Of a stretch of 64,000 bases of DNA, positions 10,282 to 20,131 are shown in pieces. A program made the translations under genes and the position numbers. A model generated the notes under the pieces. It was not told where the DNA came from, ran no database searches, and saw only the letters and a list, made by a program, of their open reading frames with translations. Positions within the stretch are counted from its first letter, which is position 1, and each line of letters opens with the position of its first letter. The DNA is from an uncultured Thermodesulfobacteriota bacterium. Its GTDB lineage: Bacteria; Desulfobacterota; Desulfarculia; JACQYL01. The stretch is taken from positions 10,144-74,143 of the forward strand of contig CAZQXK010000005.1 in assembly GCA_964597345.1 (NCBI GenBank), in the 5' to 3' direction.

Positions 10282-10686
10282 ATGCAGCGGATGATGCTGA
10301 AGTCGAAAATCCACAGGGCGACTATCACGGAAGCCAACCTGCATTATCAGGGCAGCATCGCCATTGATGAAAATCTCATGGAAGCGGCGGATATTCTTCC
10401 TTTCGAGATGGTGTACATCTACAATATCAATAACGGGGAACGGTTCGAGACGTATGCCATCAGCGGAGAGAGGGGTTCGGGAGAGATCTGCCTCAATGGC
10501 GCCGCGGCCCGTAAAGGGGAGCCCGGGGATTTGATCATCATTACGACCTTTGTCCAGGTCACCGAAGCGGAAGCACGCGAGTGCCGCCCCAAGACCTTTA
10601 TGGTGGATTCGGAGAACCGCATTTTGCCTGCTTCCTGCAACCAAACCGCCAAGTCTTTCCGGCGGGTGGAAGCCGCGGGCAGGTAA
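10282..10686 (+). CDS. panD: Aspartate 1-decarboxylase
   Basis: [12 protein letters not shown] start and GSIAID processing motif. Confidence 0.85.
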   Translation: MQRMMLKSKIHRATITEANLHYQGSIAIDENLMEAADILPFEMVYIYNINNGERFETYAISGERGSGEICLNGAAARKGEPGDLIIITTFVQVTEAEARECRPKTFMVDSENRILPASCNQTAKSFRRVEAAGR

Positions 10687-10887
10687 GCCGCCGGCCATAC
10701 TCCCGTGAGCCGGAAAAAGGGTACATGGTATCGTTACCGTTTCGGAGATCGCTTGGTAAATCCTCCGTTGGATGGAGGTGGAGGAGGAACGGTTATACCG
10801 TGCCTCTGAAGGTTCGATATTCGTTTCCGGCATCCGGTAAACAAATCCCGTGTGTCCCAGTTGCCCCATCTCCCCGGCGCCTTGCAG

Positions 10888-11012
10888 AAACAGGCGCCGA
10901 CAGGGGGGCGCCTGTAGTGTCTTCTTTGACTGCGGACTACTCCCTCTATGTGTCACTCCTCCGAATCTGTGCGTCCCGTATCTTGTCGTTTTTCGCCGAT
11001 CTTGCCCGGCCC
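10888..11012 (+). mobile_element. MITE-like repeat, degenerate copy (2a), right end truncated by adjacent copy 2b
   Basis: Aligns to the family consensus (AACAGGC...TGCGG...TATGT...ATCT.GTCGTTTTTCGCC) with many substitutions. Confidence 0.5.
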
Positions 11013-11018
11013 GGTTCC

Positions 11019-11198
11019 GCTTTTACAGTGAAAAGCGCGATCCGCAGTCACGCCTTCGGCGTGAGGCTTCATCCTTCATTATTGCGGCTACTGCATGTAC
11101 GCCTCATTCCTTAGGACTCACCACGCCAGAGGCGCGCCTTGCATCGCATCGTTTTGCACCGATCTGTCCGCAATACGGTTGATGAACGGGCTTTTGAG
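11019..11198 (+). mobile_element. MITE-like repeat copy 2b (degenerate left TIR, ~12-bp internal insertion)
   Basis: Has GTCACGCCttcGGCGTGA hairpin 1, TTGCGGCTACTGCATGTACGCC hairpin 2 and a right end ...GATGAACGGGCT. Confidence 0.7.
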
Positions 11199-11321
11199 AT
11201 TTGCTCAGGCGGTAGGAAGCGTTGCGCCGGTCGGGATTTGGAAATTGACTTCACCGCCGGCGGGTGCTATCTAATCCAACTTCGGTGTATGTCACACCCG
11301 CGTCGGAATAATGGAGTCCCC

Positions 11322-11472
11322 TAACAGGCCGTTGAAAAACGCGATCTGCTGAGTTGCGCTTCATCCTTCGTTCTTGCGGTGTACTGTACGCCTCATTCCG
11401 CAGGATTCGCGCGCCTTGCATCTCATCGTTCTTCGCCGGCCTGCCCGCAGTACTGTTTATCAAATGGCCGCC
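11322..11472 (+). mobile_element. MITE-like repeat copy 3 (lacks hairpin 1); ends ~30 bp upstream of the hisH ATG
   Basis: TA|ACAGGCCGTTGAAAAACGCGATCTGC...TCGTTCTTCGCCGGCCTGCCCGCAGTACTGTTTATCAA. Confidence 0.8.
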
Positions 11473-11502
11473 GGGGACTTTCAGGAGTCGGAAGAGCCGC
11501 TT

Positions 11503-12144
11503 ATGGTAGCTATTATCGATTACGGAGCCGGAAATCTGACCAGCGTGGCGCGGGCGCTGGAACGGTTGGGGATCCCTTGGGAGATTACCTCCGATCCGGT
11601 CCGCATCCGCGCCGCTGAACGGGTTATCTTCCCCGGCGTGGGAGCGGCCGGGCAGGCCATGTTGAATTTGAAGGCAGCGGGGCTGGATCGTGTCATTCGG
11701 GATGTGTTTGAAAAGGGAACCCCTTTGTTGGGGATTTGCCTGGGAACTCAGATTGTTCTGGAACACAGTGAAGAAAACGATACCCGATGTCTGGGACTAC
11801 TCAAAGGTCGCACCCGGAGTTTTGCCCGTCGCTTGTCATACTCGCGTCCGGAGCTGAAGATCCCGCATATGGGTTGGAACCAAGTAAGCATGGCGGCTGA
11901 CCATGCGGTGTTTGCGGGGCTGCCGGAGGAAAGCGACTTCTATTTCGTCCATTCGTACTATCCGGATCCTGAGGACGCGAATGTCAAATTGGGGGTGACG
12001 GAATACGGCGTCCGGTTTGCATCCGTCCTGGGGTGGAGGAATCTCTTGGCGGTGCAATTCCACCCCGAGAAAAGCGGTCCGGCGGGACTAGGCGTCCTGA
12101 AGCGATTTTCCGAGTGGAACGGTCGCGGTGTTTCCGGGATGTGA
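11503..12144 (+). CDS. hisH: Imidazole glycerol phosphate synthase glutamine amidotransferase subunit HisH-like (class I GATase)
   Basis: VAIIDYGAGN, GICLGTQ and HPEKS motifs; no hisF or other his genes nearby. Confidence 0.8.
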   Translation: MVAIIDYGAGNLTSVARALERLGIPWEITSDPVRIRAAERVIFPGVGAAGQAMLNLKAAGLDRVIRDVFEKGTPLLGICLGTQIVLEHSEENDTRCLGLLKGRTRSFARRLSYSRPELKIPHMGWNQVSMAADHAVFAGLPEESDFYFVHSYYPDPEDANVKLGVTEYGVRFASVLGWRNLLAVQFHPEKSGPAGLGVLKRFSEWNGRGVSGM

Positions 12145-12145
12145 A

Positions 12146-12167
12146 ACCGCCGATCGGTTTTTCCCTC
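12146..12167. terminator. Weak candidate bidirectional terminator between convergent hisH and the lytic transglycosylase gene (AAACCG-CCGAT-CGGTTT followed by TTTTT)
   Basis: Short A/T-rich stem followed by a 5-T run on the plus strand; the stem is weak. Confidence 0.25.
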
Positions 12168-12819
12168 AGAGGGATCGAAATTGCTGGGCGTATTCAATAA
12201 CCGCAGATACGTACTTCAGAGTATCCCGGTACGGAGGTATGCCTCCGTGCCTAAGCACGCGTGTGGGGCCGGCATTGTACGCCGCAAGGGCCAACTCAAC
12301 GTCCCCGTCCAGCATTTCCAGCAGTAATCTGAAATATCGGACTCCTGCATGGATGTTTTCTTCCGGGTCGAAGGCATTTCTCACACCCAACATATCGGCG
12401 GTTCCGGGCATGATTTGCATCAGGCCCGAAGCACCCACCGGTGACACGGCGGAAGGATTGAAACTGGATTCCGCCTGGATGATGGCTTTGACCAAGAAAA
12501 AATCCACGTCGTATTCGCTGGATGCCGCTTCGATAATGGGATCGTATCGGTGGAACGGGCTTTTGTTTTCCTCTGTTGCGCCTTCCTGGTCCGGACCAGC
12601 CGAGCTACTTTCATCCGAACAGGCCAGGAGGAGAACCTCGCTCCCGTGGACGACGGTTGTTGTCCGGTCCCTTTTCAGTAATGCCAGGAGATCCGGGTGG
12701 AGGATACCCGACGGCCGTGTTTTCACGGAGGAGAAGACGCGTTCCGGTTGGTGAGGCAAGACCATTCCGACGACAAATACAAGAAGTATCGGTAAGCTAT
12801 ACAGTGCTGCTTTGACCAT
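12166..12819 (-). CDS. Lytic transglycosylase (SLT domain) with signal peptide
   Basis: AIIQAESSFNPSAVSPVGASGLMQIMP and AYNAG motifs of the SLT domain. Confidence 0.8.
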   Translation of the reverse strand: MVKAALYSLPILLVFVVGMVLPHQPERVFSSVKTRPSGILHPDLLALLKRDRTTTVVHGSEVLLLACSDESSSAGPDQEGATEENKSPFHRYDPIIEAASSEYDVDFFLVKAIIQAESSFNPSAVSPVGASGLMQIMPGTADMLGVRNAFDPEENIHAGVRYFRLLLEMLDGDVELALAAYNAGPTRVLRHGGIPPYRDTLKYVSAVIEYAQQFRSL

Positions 12820-12861
12820 TGGAGCAAAATCTCCTTGACTCTATAATACCTGATGGGTCCT

Positions 12862-12890
12862 AATTTAGGTTTCTGAGTCCGGGGTGTCAA
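12862..12890 (-). promoter_or_regulatory. Candidate sigma70 promoter for the lytic transglycosylase gene (minus strand TTGACA-N17-TAAATT)
   Basis: Perfect -35 and 17-nt spacer; TSS predicted about 35 nt upstream of the start codon. Confidence 0.4.
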
Positions 12891-13012
12891 TTGTTTTTTC
12901 CCGCTTACAAGAGATGGGGATACGAAAAGAGACGGTCCGGATGGGTGCCCATATGGGTCTAACTATCTCATATTACCCGTATTATGTGTGTTGAGCGCTC
13001 GGAGGATTCTCC

Positions 13013-14404
13013 ATGAGATCCGGAAAAGCCCGAACATCGCACCACACTTCGGAGAGCCGGGAAAGATCGGGTGGGGAATCGCCGGCCCCGTACGACCTTG
13101 TGGTGCGCAACGGCCGAATTGTCACTATCAATTCCTCCTGTGAGATCATTGAGAACGGGTTCATAGCCGTGACCGGAGATACTATTTCAGAGATAGGACC
13201 GGGCGGGGCGGAATCCGCCGACAATGCCCGATGCAGTATCGACGCCCGTGGAGGCTTGGTATTGCCCGGTCTGGTCAACGCACACACGCATGCGGCTATG
13301 TCCTTGTTCCGAGGCTTGGCCGATGACTTGCCGCTGATGGACTGGCTGGATCACTACATATTTCCGGCGGAGCGAAAGCTGACGGGAGAGTGGGTGTATT
13401 GGGGCGCCATGCTGGCGGCGGCGGAGATGATTCGCTCGGGCACGACCACTTTTTGTGACATGTATCTGTTTGAAGACCGGGTCGCGGAGGCCGCCGCGTG
13501 TGCGGGTATGCGCGCCGTGGTTGGAGAGGTGCTCTATGATTTTGATTCTCCGAGCTACGGTCGTATCGAAAACGGATTGCGGTTCACGAGAGAACTTGTG
13601 GAACGTTGGAAGGGACACCCCTTGATTTCGGTGGCGGTTGAACCGCACAGTGCTTACACGTGTTCCCCGGAACTTCTGATTCGAGCCCGCGACTTGGCGG
13701 AAGAGACGGATGTTCCGCTGATCACCCATTTGAGCGAATCCGATTCGGAAGTGGCTGCGGTGGTAAAACGGCATGGAATGCGGCCCGTGGAATTTCTGGA
13801 TGAGCTGGGTGTCTTGACGGCGCGCCTGATTGCAGACCATTGCGTCGTGTTGAACGACAAGGAGATGGATCTGCTGGCGACTCGGGGAGTCCGAGTCTGC
13901 CACAACGCGGAAAGCAACATGAAGCTTGCTTCCGGCGTAAGTCCGGTACCGGACCTGATAAGCCGCGGCGTTCAAGTGGGGCTGGGAACGGATGGCTGTG
14001 CCAGCAACAACGATCTGAACATGTTCGGGGAAATGGATACGGTGGCCAAGCTCCACAAGGTGATTCGCAAGGACCCCACGATCATGGATGCCCGGACCGT
14101 GGTTTCCATGGCAACACGGGGAGGCGCCGCCGTCCTTGGCATGGAGCATGCCATCGGCAGCCTTGAAATAGGGAAAAAGGCCGATCTGGTGGTGCTGGAT
14201 TGCAGACGGCCTCATATGATACCGTTGTTCAATCCCTTTTCCCATCTGGTGTATTGCGCCAACGGTAGCGAAGTGACCTCCGTAGTCATCAATGGACGGC
14301 CCGTGTTGCTGGAGGGCCGGTTCACCACCCTGGATGAGAAAGAAGTGTTTTCTCGTGTGGAAGAAATCGGGAGGAATATCGGCGAACAACGGTGCTCACG
14401 ATAA
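13013..14404 (+). CDS. mtaD: Amidohydrolase, 5-methylthioadenosine/S-adenosylhomocysteine deaminase (MtaD)-like
   Basis: PGLVNAHTH metal-ligand motif and full MtaD/SsnA-family similarity; GGAGGA RBS 7 nt upstream. Confidence 0.8.
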   Translation: MRSGKARTSHHTSESRERSGGESPAPYDLVVRNGRIVTINSSCEIIENGFIAVTGDTISEIGPGGAESADNARCSIDARGGLVLPGLVNAHTHAAMSLFRGLADDLPLMDWLDHYIFPAERKLTGEWVYWGAMLAAAEMIRSGTTTFCDMYLFEDRVAEAAACAGMRAVVGEVLYDFDSPSYGRIENGLRFTRELVERWKGHPLISVAVEPHSAYTCSPELLIRARDLAEETDVPLITHLSESDSEVAAVVKRHGMRPVEFLDELGVLTARLIADHCVVLNDKEMDLLATRGVRVCHNAESNMKLASGVSPVPDLISRGVQVGLGTDGCASNNDLNMFGEMDTVAKLHKVIRKDPTIMDARTVVSMATRGGAAVLGMEHAIGSLEIGKKADLVVLDCRRPHMIPLFNPFSHLVYCANGSEVTSVVINGRPVLLEGRFTTLDEKEVFSRVEEIGRNIGEQRCSR

Positions 14405-14499
14405 CGGGCGAATACACGGATGTGGAAACATGCCGGCCGCAGTATCGGCTGCCGTCAATTCTGTTTTTGGTGCGGCGCCCGGTTGCGCAGGGCGCTTGG

Positions 14500-14660
14500 C
14501 ATGCCGTTGGAAAACGCGGGTCACGCCAACGGCGTGACACTTCATCCTTCGTCGTTGCGGCGTACCGTGTGTGCGCCTCAATCCTCAGGATTCGCGCGCC
14601 TTGCATCTCATCGTTTTTCACCGGCTTGTCCACAATGGTGTTTACCAACGGTTTGTTAGG
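14500..14660 (+). mobile_element. MITE-like repeat copy 4 (left TIR truncated)
   Basis: GTCACGCCAACGGCGTGAC hairpin, CTTCATCCTTCG, TTGCGGCGTACCGTGTGTGCGCC, CTCAGGATTCGCGCGCCTTGCATCTCATCGTTTTTCACCGG...CCAACGG. Confidence 0.8.
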
Positions 14661-14850
14661 ATCGGGTGGGACTACGGCGTATCCGGCGACCGTCTTTTTC
14701 GTTCGGGTTCGCGCTCCTGAAGGGCATCGGTTATCACCAGCCTTTCGGAATCCCTATTCTCATAGGACGGCGGAGGGGTTTCGGAGACTCGCTCCTGTAC
14801 CGTTCAGATGCTCCGATTGCTCAGAGCAGGACAGATATTGAGGTATTCTT

Positions 14851-16179
14851 GTGGCGGATATTAAGGAGTTTAGAGGTCTTCGCTATAACATGAGGTATGT
14901 GGACGACTTGTCACTTGTGGTTGCTCCTCCTTATGACGTAATCTCTCCCGAGGGACAGGAGAGATACTATCAAATGCATCCATACAATATCATTCGTCTT
15001 ATTCTTGGTAGGCAGTACCCGGAGGATACCGACACAGAGAATCGCTATACCCGATCCGCGACTTGCTTCAGGGAATGGCAGGAAGGTGGTATTCTGGTTC
15101 CGGATTCGGAGCCCGGTCTCTACTCATACGTCATCGATTACGAGGTGGAGGGATGTGCGCCGTGCCGACGCATGGGGTTGATTGCTCTGGTCCGGTTGGA
15201 GGATCTGACGGAAGGGAGTATCCGCCGTCATGAGAAGACGTTTTCCGAAACCAAGTCCGATCGTTTCAAGCTCATGCAGGCCTGTCGGGCCAATTTGTGT
15301 CCTATTTTCTCGGTATACTCCGATCCCGAGGCAAGAGTGACGAAGCTGTTGGAGGAGACGCGCGGGCCGTCCCCCGACGCGGAGTTTCGGGATCGAGACG
15401 GCATCCGGCACCGATTATGGCGCGTTACGGATACGGATGCGATTCGCCTGGTCCAGGAGTGGTTCCGGGGGCGCGAGCTGTTCATTGCCGACGGGCATCA
15501 CCGGTATGAGACGGCGGTGGCTTTCTGGCAACACGTCCAGGCGACGGAAGACATATCCGGAGAAGGGCATCCGGTGCAATACGTGATGATGTACCTGTGC
15601 AACGCGAGTGAACCTCTGACTATCCTCCCGGTGCATCGCCTGCTCACCGCCTGGCCTGCGCATCTTTCCAAAGAGGGATTCCTGAAGGAAGCGGCCGAGG
15701 TTATGGATGTGGAACGGTTCGAGTTCGGGGGTGATTTGTGTCCAGAGACGCTGGGCCGTCTCGCTTCGGCCATGAACGAGGGCGGAAGGCGTACGCACAC
15801 TTTCGGGTTCTGTTTTCAACATGACCGGAGTGTGAGCCTGCTCGGATTGAAGCCCCATATTATGGAAGAGATCTTTGGGGAAAGCATCCCGAAACCCCTG
15901 CAGGGTTTGGACGTCGTGGTGCTGACGGAGTTGGTGCTCAAGAGGATACTCGGCATACGGGATGAAGACCTGGATAACGAGCATGCGTTGCGGTATTCGA
16001 GCCGCATGGCGGAAGCTCTGCAAGCGGTGGAAGTGGGAAAATCCGCGGCGTGCTTTCTGATGAACCCCACCCGCATCGACCAGGTGATGGAGGTCGCCGA
16101 GGAAGGCCTGATCATGCCGCGCAAGTCCACTTACTTTTATCCCAAGGTGATCTCCGGCTTGGTGATAAACAGGTTATGA
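14851..16179 (+). CDS. DUF1015 family protein
   Basis: N-terminal FRGLRYN...PPYDVIS signature of DUF1015; GTG start with GAGG RBS. Confidence 0.8.
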   Translation: MADIKEFRGLRYNMRYVDDLSLVVAPPYDVISPEGQERYYQMHPYNIIRLILGRQYPEDTDTENRYTRSATCFREWQEGGILVPDSEPGLYSYVIDYEVEGCAPCRRMGLIALVRLEDLTEGSIRRHEKTFSETKSDRFKLMQACRANLCPIFSVYSDPEARVTKLLEETRGPSPDAEFRDRDGIRHRLWRVTDTDAIRLVQEWFRGRELFIADGHHRYETAVAFWQHVQATEDISGEGHPVQYVMMYLCNASEPLTILPVHRLLTAWPAHLSKEGFLKEAAEVMDVERFEFGGDLCPETLGRLASAMNEGGRRTHTFGFCFQHDRSVSLLGLKPHIMEEIFGESIPKPLQGLDVVVLTELVLKRILGIRDEDLDNEHALRYSSRMAEALQAVEVGKSAACFLMNPTRIDQVMEVAEEGLIMPRKSTYFYPKVISGLVINRL

Positions 16180-16940
16180 TGAACCGTGCCGATGTCAACG
16201 CGATTCAGAAAGCGTTGGGTCCGGGCGAGACGCTGGACACGCTTTTCGGAGGTCGATTGCTGCTGGTGCAGCACAAGGACGGGTACCGCTTCTCCCTGGA
16301 TGCGATTCTTCTGGCGCGGTTTGCGGCCGTGCAACCCGGTGACCGAGTCGTCGATCTGGGAACCGGCTGTGGGATAATCGCGGTCATTCTGGGGTTGGAT
16401 GCCCGGATTGATGGCATCGTAGGGGTCGAGGCGCAATCGGGGTTGGCGGGTTTGGCTCGAAAGAACGCTTGCCTTAACGGATTGGCGGATCGGATCCTGG
16501 TATGTGAAAGCCGGGTTACTCAGGTATCGGAGCATCTGCCTCCCGGAGCTTTTGATTTGGCGGTGCTCAACCCACCGTATGGAAGACCGGGATCGGGTCG
16601 CGTCAACCCCCGCATGGAGAAGGCTCAAGCCCGTCATGAGATCCTGGGAACCCTGGGAGATTTTGTTCAGGCCGCGGCCTACTTGCTCCGATTTGCAGGC
16701 CGTTTGGACCTCATCTATCGTCCTTCCAATCTCCCGTATCTGTTCCGGTGTCTGCAGGGGGAAGGCTTTGCTCCTAAACGCCTGCGGATGGTACATGGGA
16801 AAGAGGACTCTCCGGCCAGGCTGGTCTTGGTGTCGGCGTCGAAAGGGGGAGGAGAGGGGCTTGCGGTGGATCCTCCTCTGATTTTGTACCATGGCGACGG
16901 CGCATATACGAAGGAGTTCGAGGAGATTTACCGGTTGTGA
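16176..16940 (+). CDS. Class I SAM-dependent methyltransferase, tRNA1(Val)(adenine37-N6)-methyltransferase (YfiC/TrmN6)-like
   Basis: VDLGTGCGIIAV SAM motif I and NPPY catalytic motif; ATG overlaps the DUF1015 stop. Confidence 0.7.
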   Translation: MMNRADVNAIQKALGPGETLDTLFGGRLLLVQHKDGYRFSLDAILLARFAAVQPGDRVVDLGTGCGIIAVILGLDARIDGIVGVEAQSGLAGLARKNACLNGLADRILVCESRVTQVSEHLPPGAFDLAVLNPPYGRPGSGRVNPRMEKAQARHEILGTLGDFVQAAAYLLRFAGRLDLIYRPSNLPYLFRCLQGEGFAPKRLRMVHGKEDSPARLVLVSASKGGGEGLAVDPPLILYHGDGAYTKEFEEIYRL

Positions 16941-16995
16941 GGAATGAGGGACGGACCCCTTTCAAGTGTCCCCGGCGGCCGGGAACAGCGAAGGG

Positions 16996-17478
16996 TTACT
17001 CCAGCTTCCTGGAAGCGCTGAGCATCCAAAGACGCCGCACCTGTTCACGCATTTCCGGATCACGAATCCGCCGCACCTGCGCATGGATTTGCTCCGTGGT
17101 TTCCGGGTCCGGAAGCGGGCAGGATTCCGGCGGGGCCGAAGAATGCGTCGAAACCGTCTCCTGCAACGGAAAATCTCCTTGCTGAAAGCGGATTTCCTTG
17201 ATGATGGGTCTGCCGCAGGCGCGGTTCAGGTTGTTCCGGATGAGTTCCGCCTGAAACTGGAGTTCCTGCAACCACGCGGCGCTCGGGACAACCACCCAGA
17301 GCGTTCCGTTCCGGAAGGAAAGGGGTTGGGCCCGATCGGCCACAACGACACCCGCCTCGGCTTTCCAGTGTGTCCAAATCTCGATTCCGGAAGAAACATC
17401 CGATTGTCCGAGGAATATTTCTTTCAGGCTCAGGAGGGCCGCTCCCGTTCGTTTGCTTCGGTTTCGACGTCGGGTCAT
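16996..17478 (-). CDS. dciA: DUF721 / DciA-like protein
   Basis: GTLWVVVPSAAWLQELQFQAELIRNNLN...IKEIRF matches the DUF721 (DciA helicase-operator) pattern. Confidence 0.6.
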   Translation of the reverse strand: MTRRRNRSKRTGAALLSLKEIFLGQSDVSSGIEIWTHWKAEAGVVVADRAQPLSFRNGTLWVVVPSAAWLQELQFQAELIRNNLNRACGRPIIKEIRFQQGDFPLQETVSTHSSAPPESCPLPDPETTEQIHAQVRRIRDPEMREQVRRLWMLSASRKLE

Positions 17479-17821
17479 GGAAATTCCGGATTACGGATTA
17501 TGCCGCCGAGGAATGCACAGTCACTTTTGTTGGATGTTTCTGCACGGCATGGCGCCGATGAGTTACCAAGTAGACGATTCCAATCACTATAGCAGATCAT
17601 CCACCTCGTGCCAATCCTGCCCCCTGAGCACTGGAGGAATTCGGCATCGCCAACGCCGTAATCAACCTATCCCAATGAAATAGAGCGCAGGCGCCAAGAC
17701 CCTCGAGTCCGGTAGAAAGCGGGAACAACCCGGCTTTGGGTCTTTTCGCAGGAAGCCTGAACATGGGTTTGAGCCATCCGGTACATCCGGCAATGTACCC
17801 AGTTCTCTGAGGAATCGTCCC

Positions 17822-18763
17822 GTGCACATCGTGTCCGTAAGTCGGCGAACCGATATCCCGGCGTTCTACATGCCGTGGTTTCTAAACCGTTTGAAGGCGG
17901 GATACGCCTTGGTGGAGAATCCTTTCGGGGGTCGTCTTTTTGCGGTTTCTCTGATTCCTTCCGATGTTCGGGGGTTTGTTTTCTGGTCCAAGAATTTCGC
18001 TCCGCTGATTCCCCACTTCCCAGTGCTGGAACGTCGCGGGGACTCCTGCCGATTTCACTTTACCATTACCGGGCTGCCCCGATCTCTGGAGCCCCGGGTA
18101 CCGGAGACGCAACAGGCTCTCCAAACCTTCGATGCTCTGGTGGAAAGAGCCGGCAGCAAGCGTGTCACATGGCGATACGATCCCGTGCTGATTTCCAATG
18201 TGACCGATGCGGATTTCCATCTTCGAACCTTTCGGCGTCTGTGCAGACAGTTGGAGAACAAGACGGCAAGCTGTGTCATGAGTTTTCCTACCCGGTACGG
18301 AAAGGTGGAAAGACGGTTCGCACAGTTAGAGAAGATTAAGAACATCCGTGTACTGACGCCCACCGAGGATCGGAGGCTGCATCTTGCACGGGAACTGGCA
18401 TCCATTGCCCGGGAATTCGGCATAACCCTGCACTCCTGTTGCGGTGATTACCTGATAGGAGAAACAATCCGAAAGGCGCATTGCGTGGATTGGGATTCGG
18501 GAGAGGCCCCCGAGATCGGTTCATGGAGAGGAGTGAAGCGGAATCCTACCCGCAGCGAGTGCGGATGCCGGGACAGCCGGGACATCGGCGCCTACGACAC
18601 GTGTTTGCATGGTTGCGTTTATTGTTATGCCACCGGGAATTCGTTCGGACCTCGGGAGCCGTTCCGGAACGGGGATCCCGACTCCGATATTCTTGCCGTT
18701 CGGAACACGGCCAACCTGGAAACGCGAAAAAGAGCCGCGCTCCAGCAGCTTACCGGACGTTGA
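17822..18763 (+). CDS. DUF1848 family protein
   Basis: N-terminal VSVSRRTDIPAFY and C-terminal CxxxCxYCYA cysteine cluster typical of DUF1848. Confidence 0.7.
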   Translation: MHIVSVSRRTDIPAFYMPWFLNRLKAGYALVENPFGGRLFAVSLIPSDVRGFVFWSKNFAPLIPHFPVLERRGDSCRFHFTITGLPRSLEPRVPETQQALQTFDALVERAGSKRVTWRYDPVLISNVTDADFHLRTFRRLCRQLENKTASCVMSFPTRYGKVERRFAQLEKIKNIRVLTPTEDRRLHLARELASIAREFGITLHSCCGDYLIGETIRKAHCVDWDSGEAPEIGSWRGVKRNPTRSECGCRDSRDIGAYDTCLHGCVYCYATGNSFGPREPFRNGDPDSDILAVRNTANLETRKRAALQQLTGR

Positions 18764-19348
18764 ATGCGGCTCTGTGCAACGATTTCGTGGGATACAAGCA
18801 GGTTCCGTCCCCGGATGGCGCCTTCTTTCGTTTTCAGTCTACATCTGCGAAAACCGATCCGCTTTTCTAAAGTGATCATGAAGAATTATCAATCGCTCGA
18901 CCGGCACGCGGCCTTGATCTTGGTTAAGGAATGGTGCAATAAGATTGCCGGTAACGACGAGATCGACGAAAACGATCACCGGAAGCCGAATGCAAGGGCT
19001 TCCTGATCCGGTTTGGCTCCTCGCGGAATCAAGCCTGGAGTCCGGAGGAAGCTTAGTAGTATTTGTGGCCGCCGTGGAAATGGACGGATTGAGTCCGTGG
19101 GGGGCGGAATCGCGCTGAGATACTCCGGATACTTGTGTGGGAGGGACGGGTGGCGGCTTCGCCGGGGTTCAGTACCGCCCCGTGAATCAACAATCAAGTG
19201 CTCGGGTTATCAACGGCTGATAAGGGCCTATCCCGGTCCCTTCCGGGCTCCGGTCTTCCATCAAGCCTTGACTAGTCCAGTATACTTCTATAGCTTGATA
19301 TGGCTTGAGAACTGTTTGAGGTTCACTACAAGCCACTCCGGGGTGTTC

Positions 19349-20119
19349 ATGCTGAGGCCCATAGCAGCTTTGGGGCGTCTGACGATTCGTTTTGTGGAAG
19401 AGATGGGTCGCATCTTGATCCTGTTGGCCGAAGCGGTCTACTGGACGTTCCGCCCCCCTTTCAATATTCGAAATGTATTCACCCAGATGGAATTCGTGGG
19501 TGTGAAATCCATTTTCGTGGTCAGCCTGACGGGGGGCTTCACGGGGATGGTTTTCGCTCTTCAGAGTTACAAGGGGTTTCACTTGTTCGGCGCGGAAAGT
19601 TTGGTGGGGCCGGTGGTTACACTTTCCATAACCCGTGAGCTCAGTCCCGTCCTGACCTCGCTCATGGTGACCGGGCGGGCCGGTTCTGCTATGGCGGCCG
19701 AGATCGGAACCATGCGGGTGACGGAACAAATTGACGCCCTCAGGGCCATGGCGGTCAATCCGGTAAATCACCTGGTGGCGCCCCGAATACTCGCCGGCAC
19801 GCTGATGACGCCGGTACTCACGGGAGTGACTGATTTCATCGGCATCGCCGGGGGCTACTTCGTGGGAGTGTATCTCCTGGGTATGGATCGGGTTACCTTC
19901 TTGGGTCGCATCGAGGATTACGTGGAGCCGGCGGACATCATGCACGGCCTGTCCAAAGCCGTGGTCTTCGGTTTGATCTTGAGTCTTGTGGGTTGCTACA
20001 AGGGGATGACCACGGATGGTGGGGCTCAAGGGGTGGGCCGCTCCACCACGCAAGCCGTGGTGATTGCCTCTATCTTGATCCTGGTGTCCGATTATCTCTT
20101 TACGGCTTTGGTGTTCTGA
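19349..20119 (+). CDS. mlaE: Phospholipid ABC transporter permease MlaE
   Basis: MlaE/Ttg2B family similarity (VGPVVTLSITRELSPVLTSLMVTGRAGSAMAAEIG); first gene of mlaE-mlaF-mlaD. Confidence 0.85.
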   Translation: MLRPIAALGRLTIRFVEEMGRILILLAEAVYWTFRPPFNIRNVFTQMEFVGVKSIFVVSLTGGFTGMVFALQSYKGFHLFGAESLVGPVVTLSITRELSPVLTSLMVTGRAGSAMAAEIGTMRVTEQIDALRAMAVNPVNHLVAPRILAGTLMTPVLTGVTDFIGIAGGYFVGVYLLGMDRVTFLGRIEDYVEPADIMHGLSKAVVFGLILSLVGCYKGMTTDGGAQGVGRSTTQAVVIASILILVSDYLFTALVF

Positions 20120-20131
20120 TGCCGTTTCCGG

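Noticed and set aside
18764-19006. 80-aa ORF in the 590-bp gap before mlaE
   Set aside because: There is no RBS or recognisable domain. Only the last 42 aa from an internal ATG look protein-like, so it is left uncalled. A weak TTGACT-N17-TAGCTT promoter-like motif at 19268-19296 was also too poor to report.
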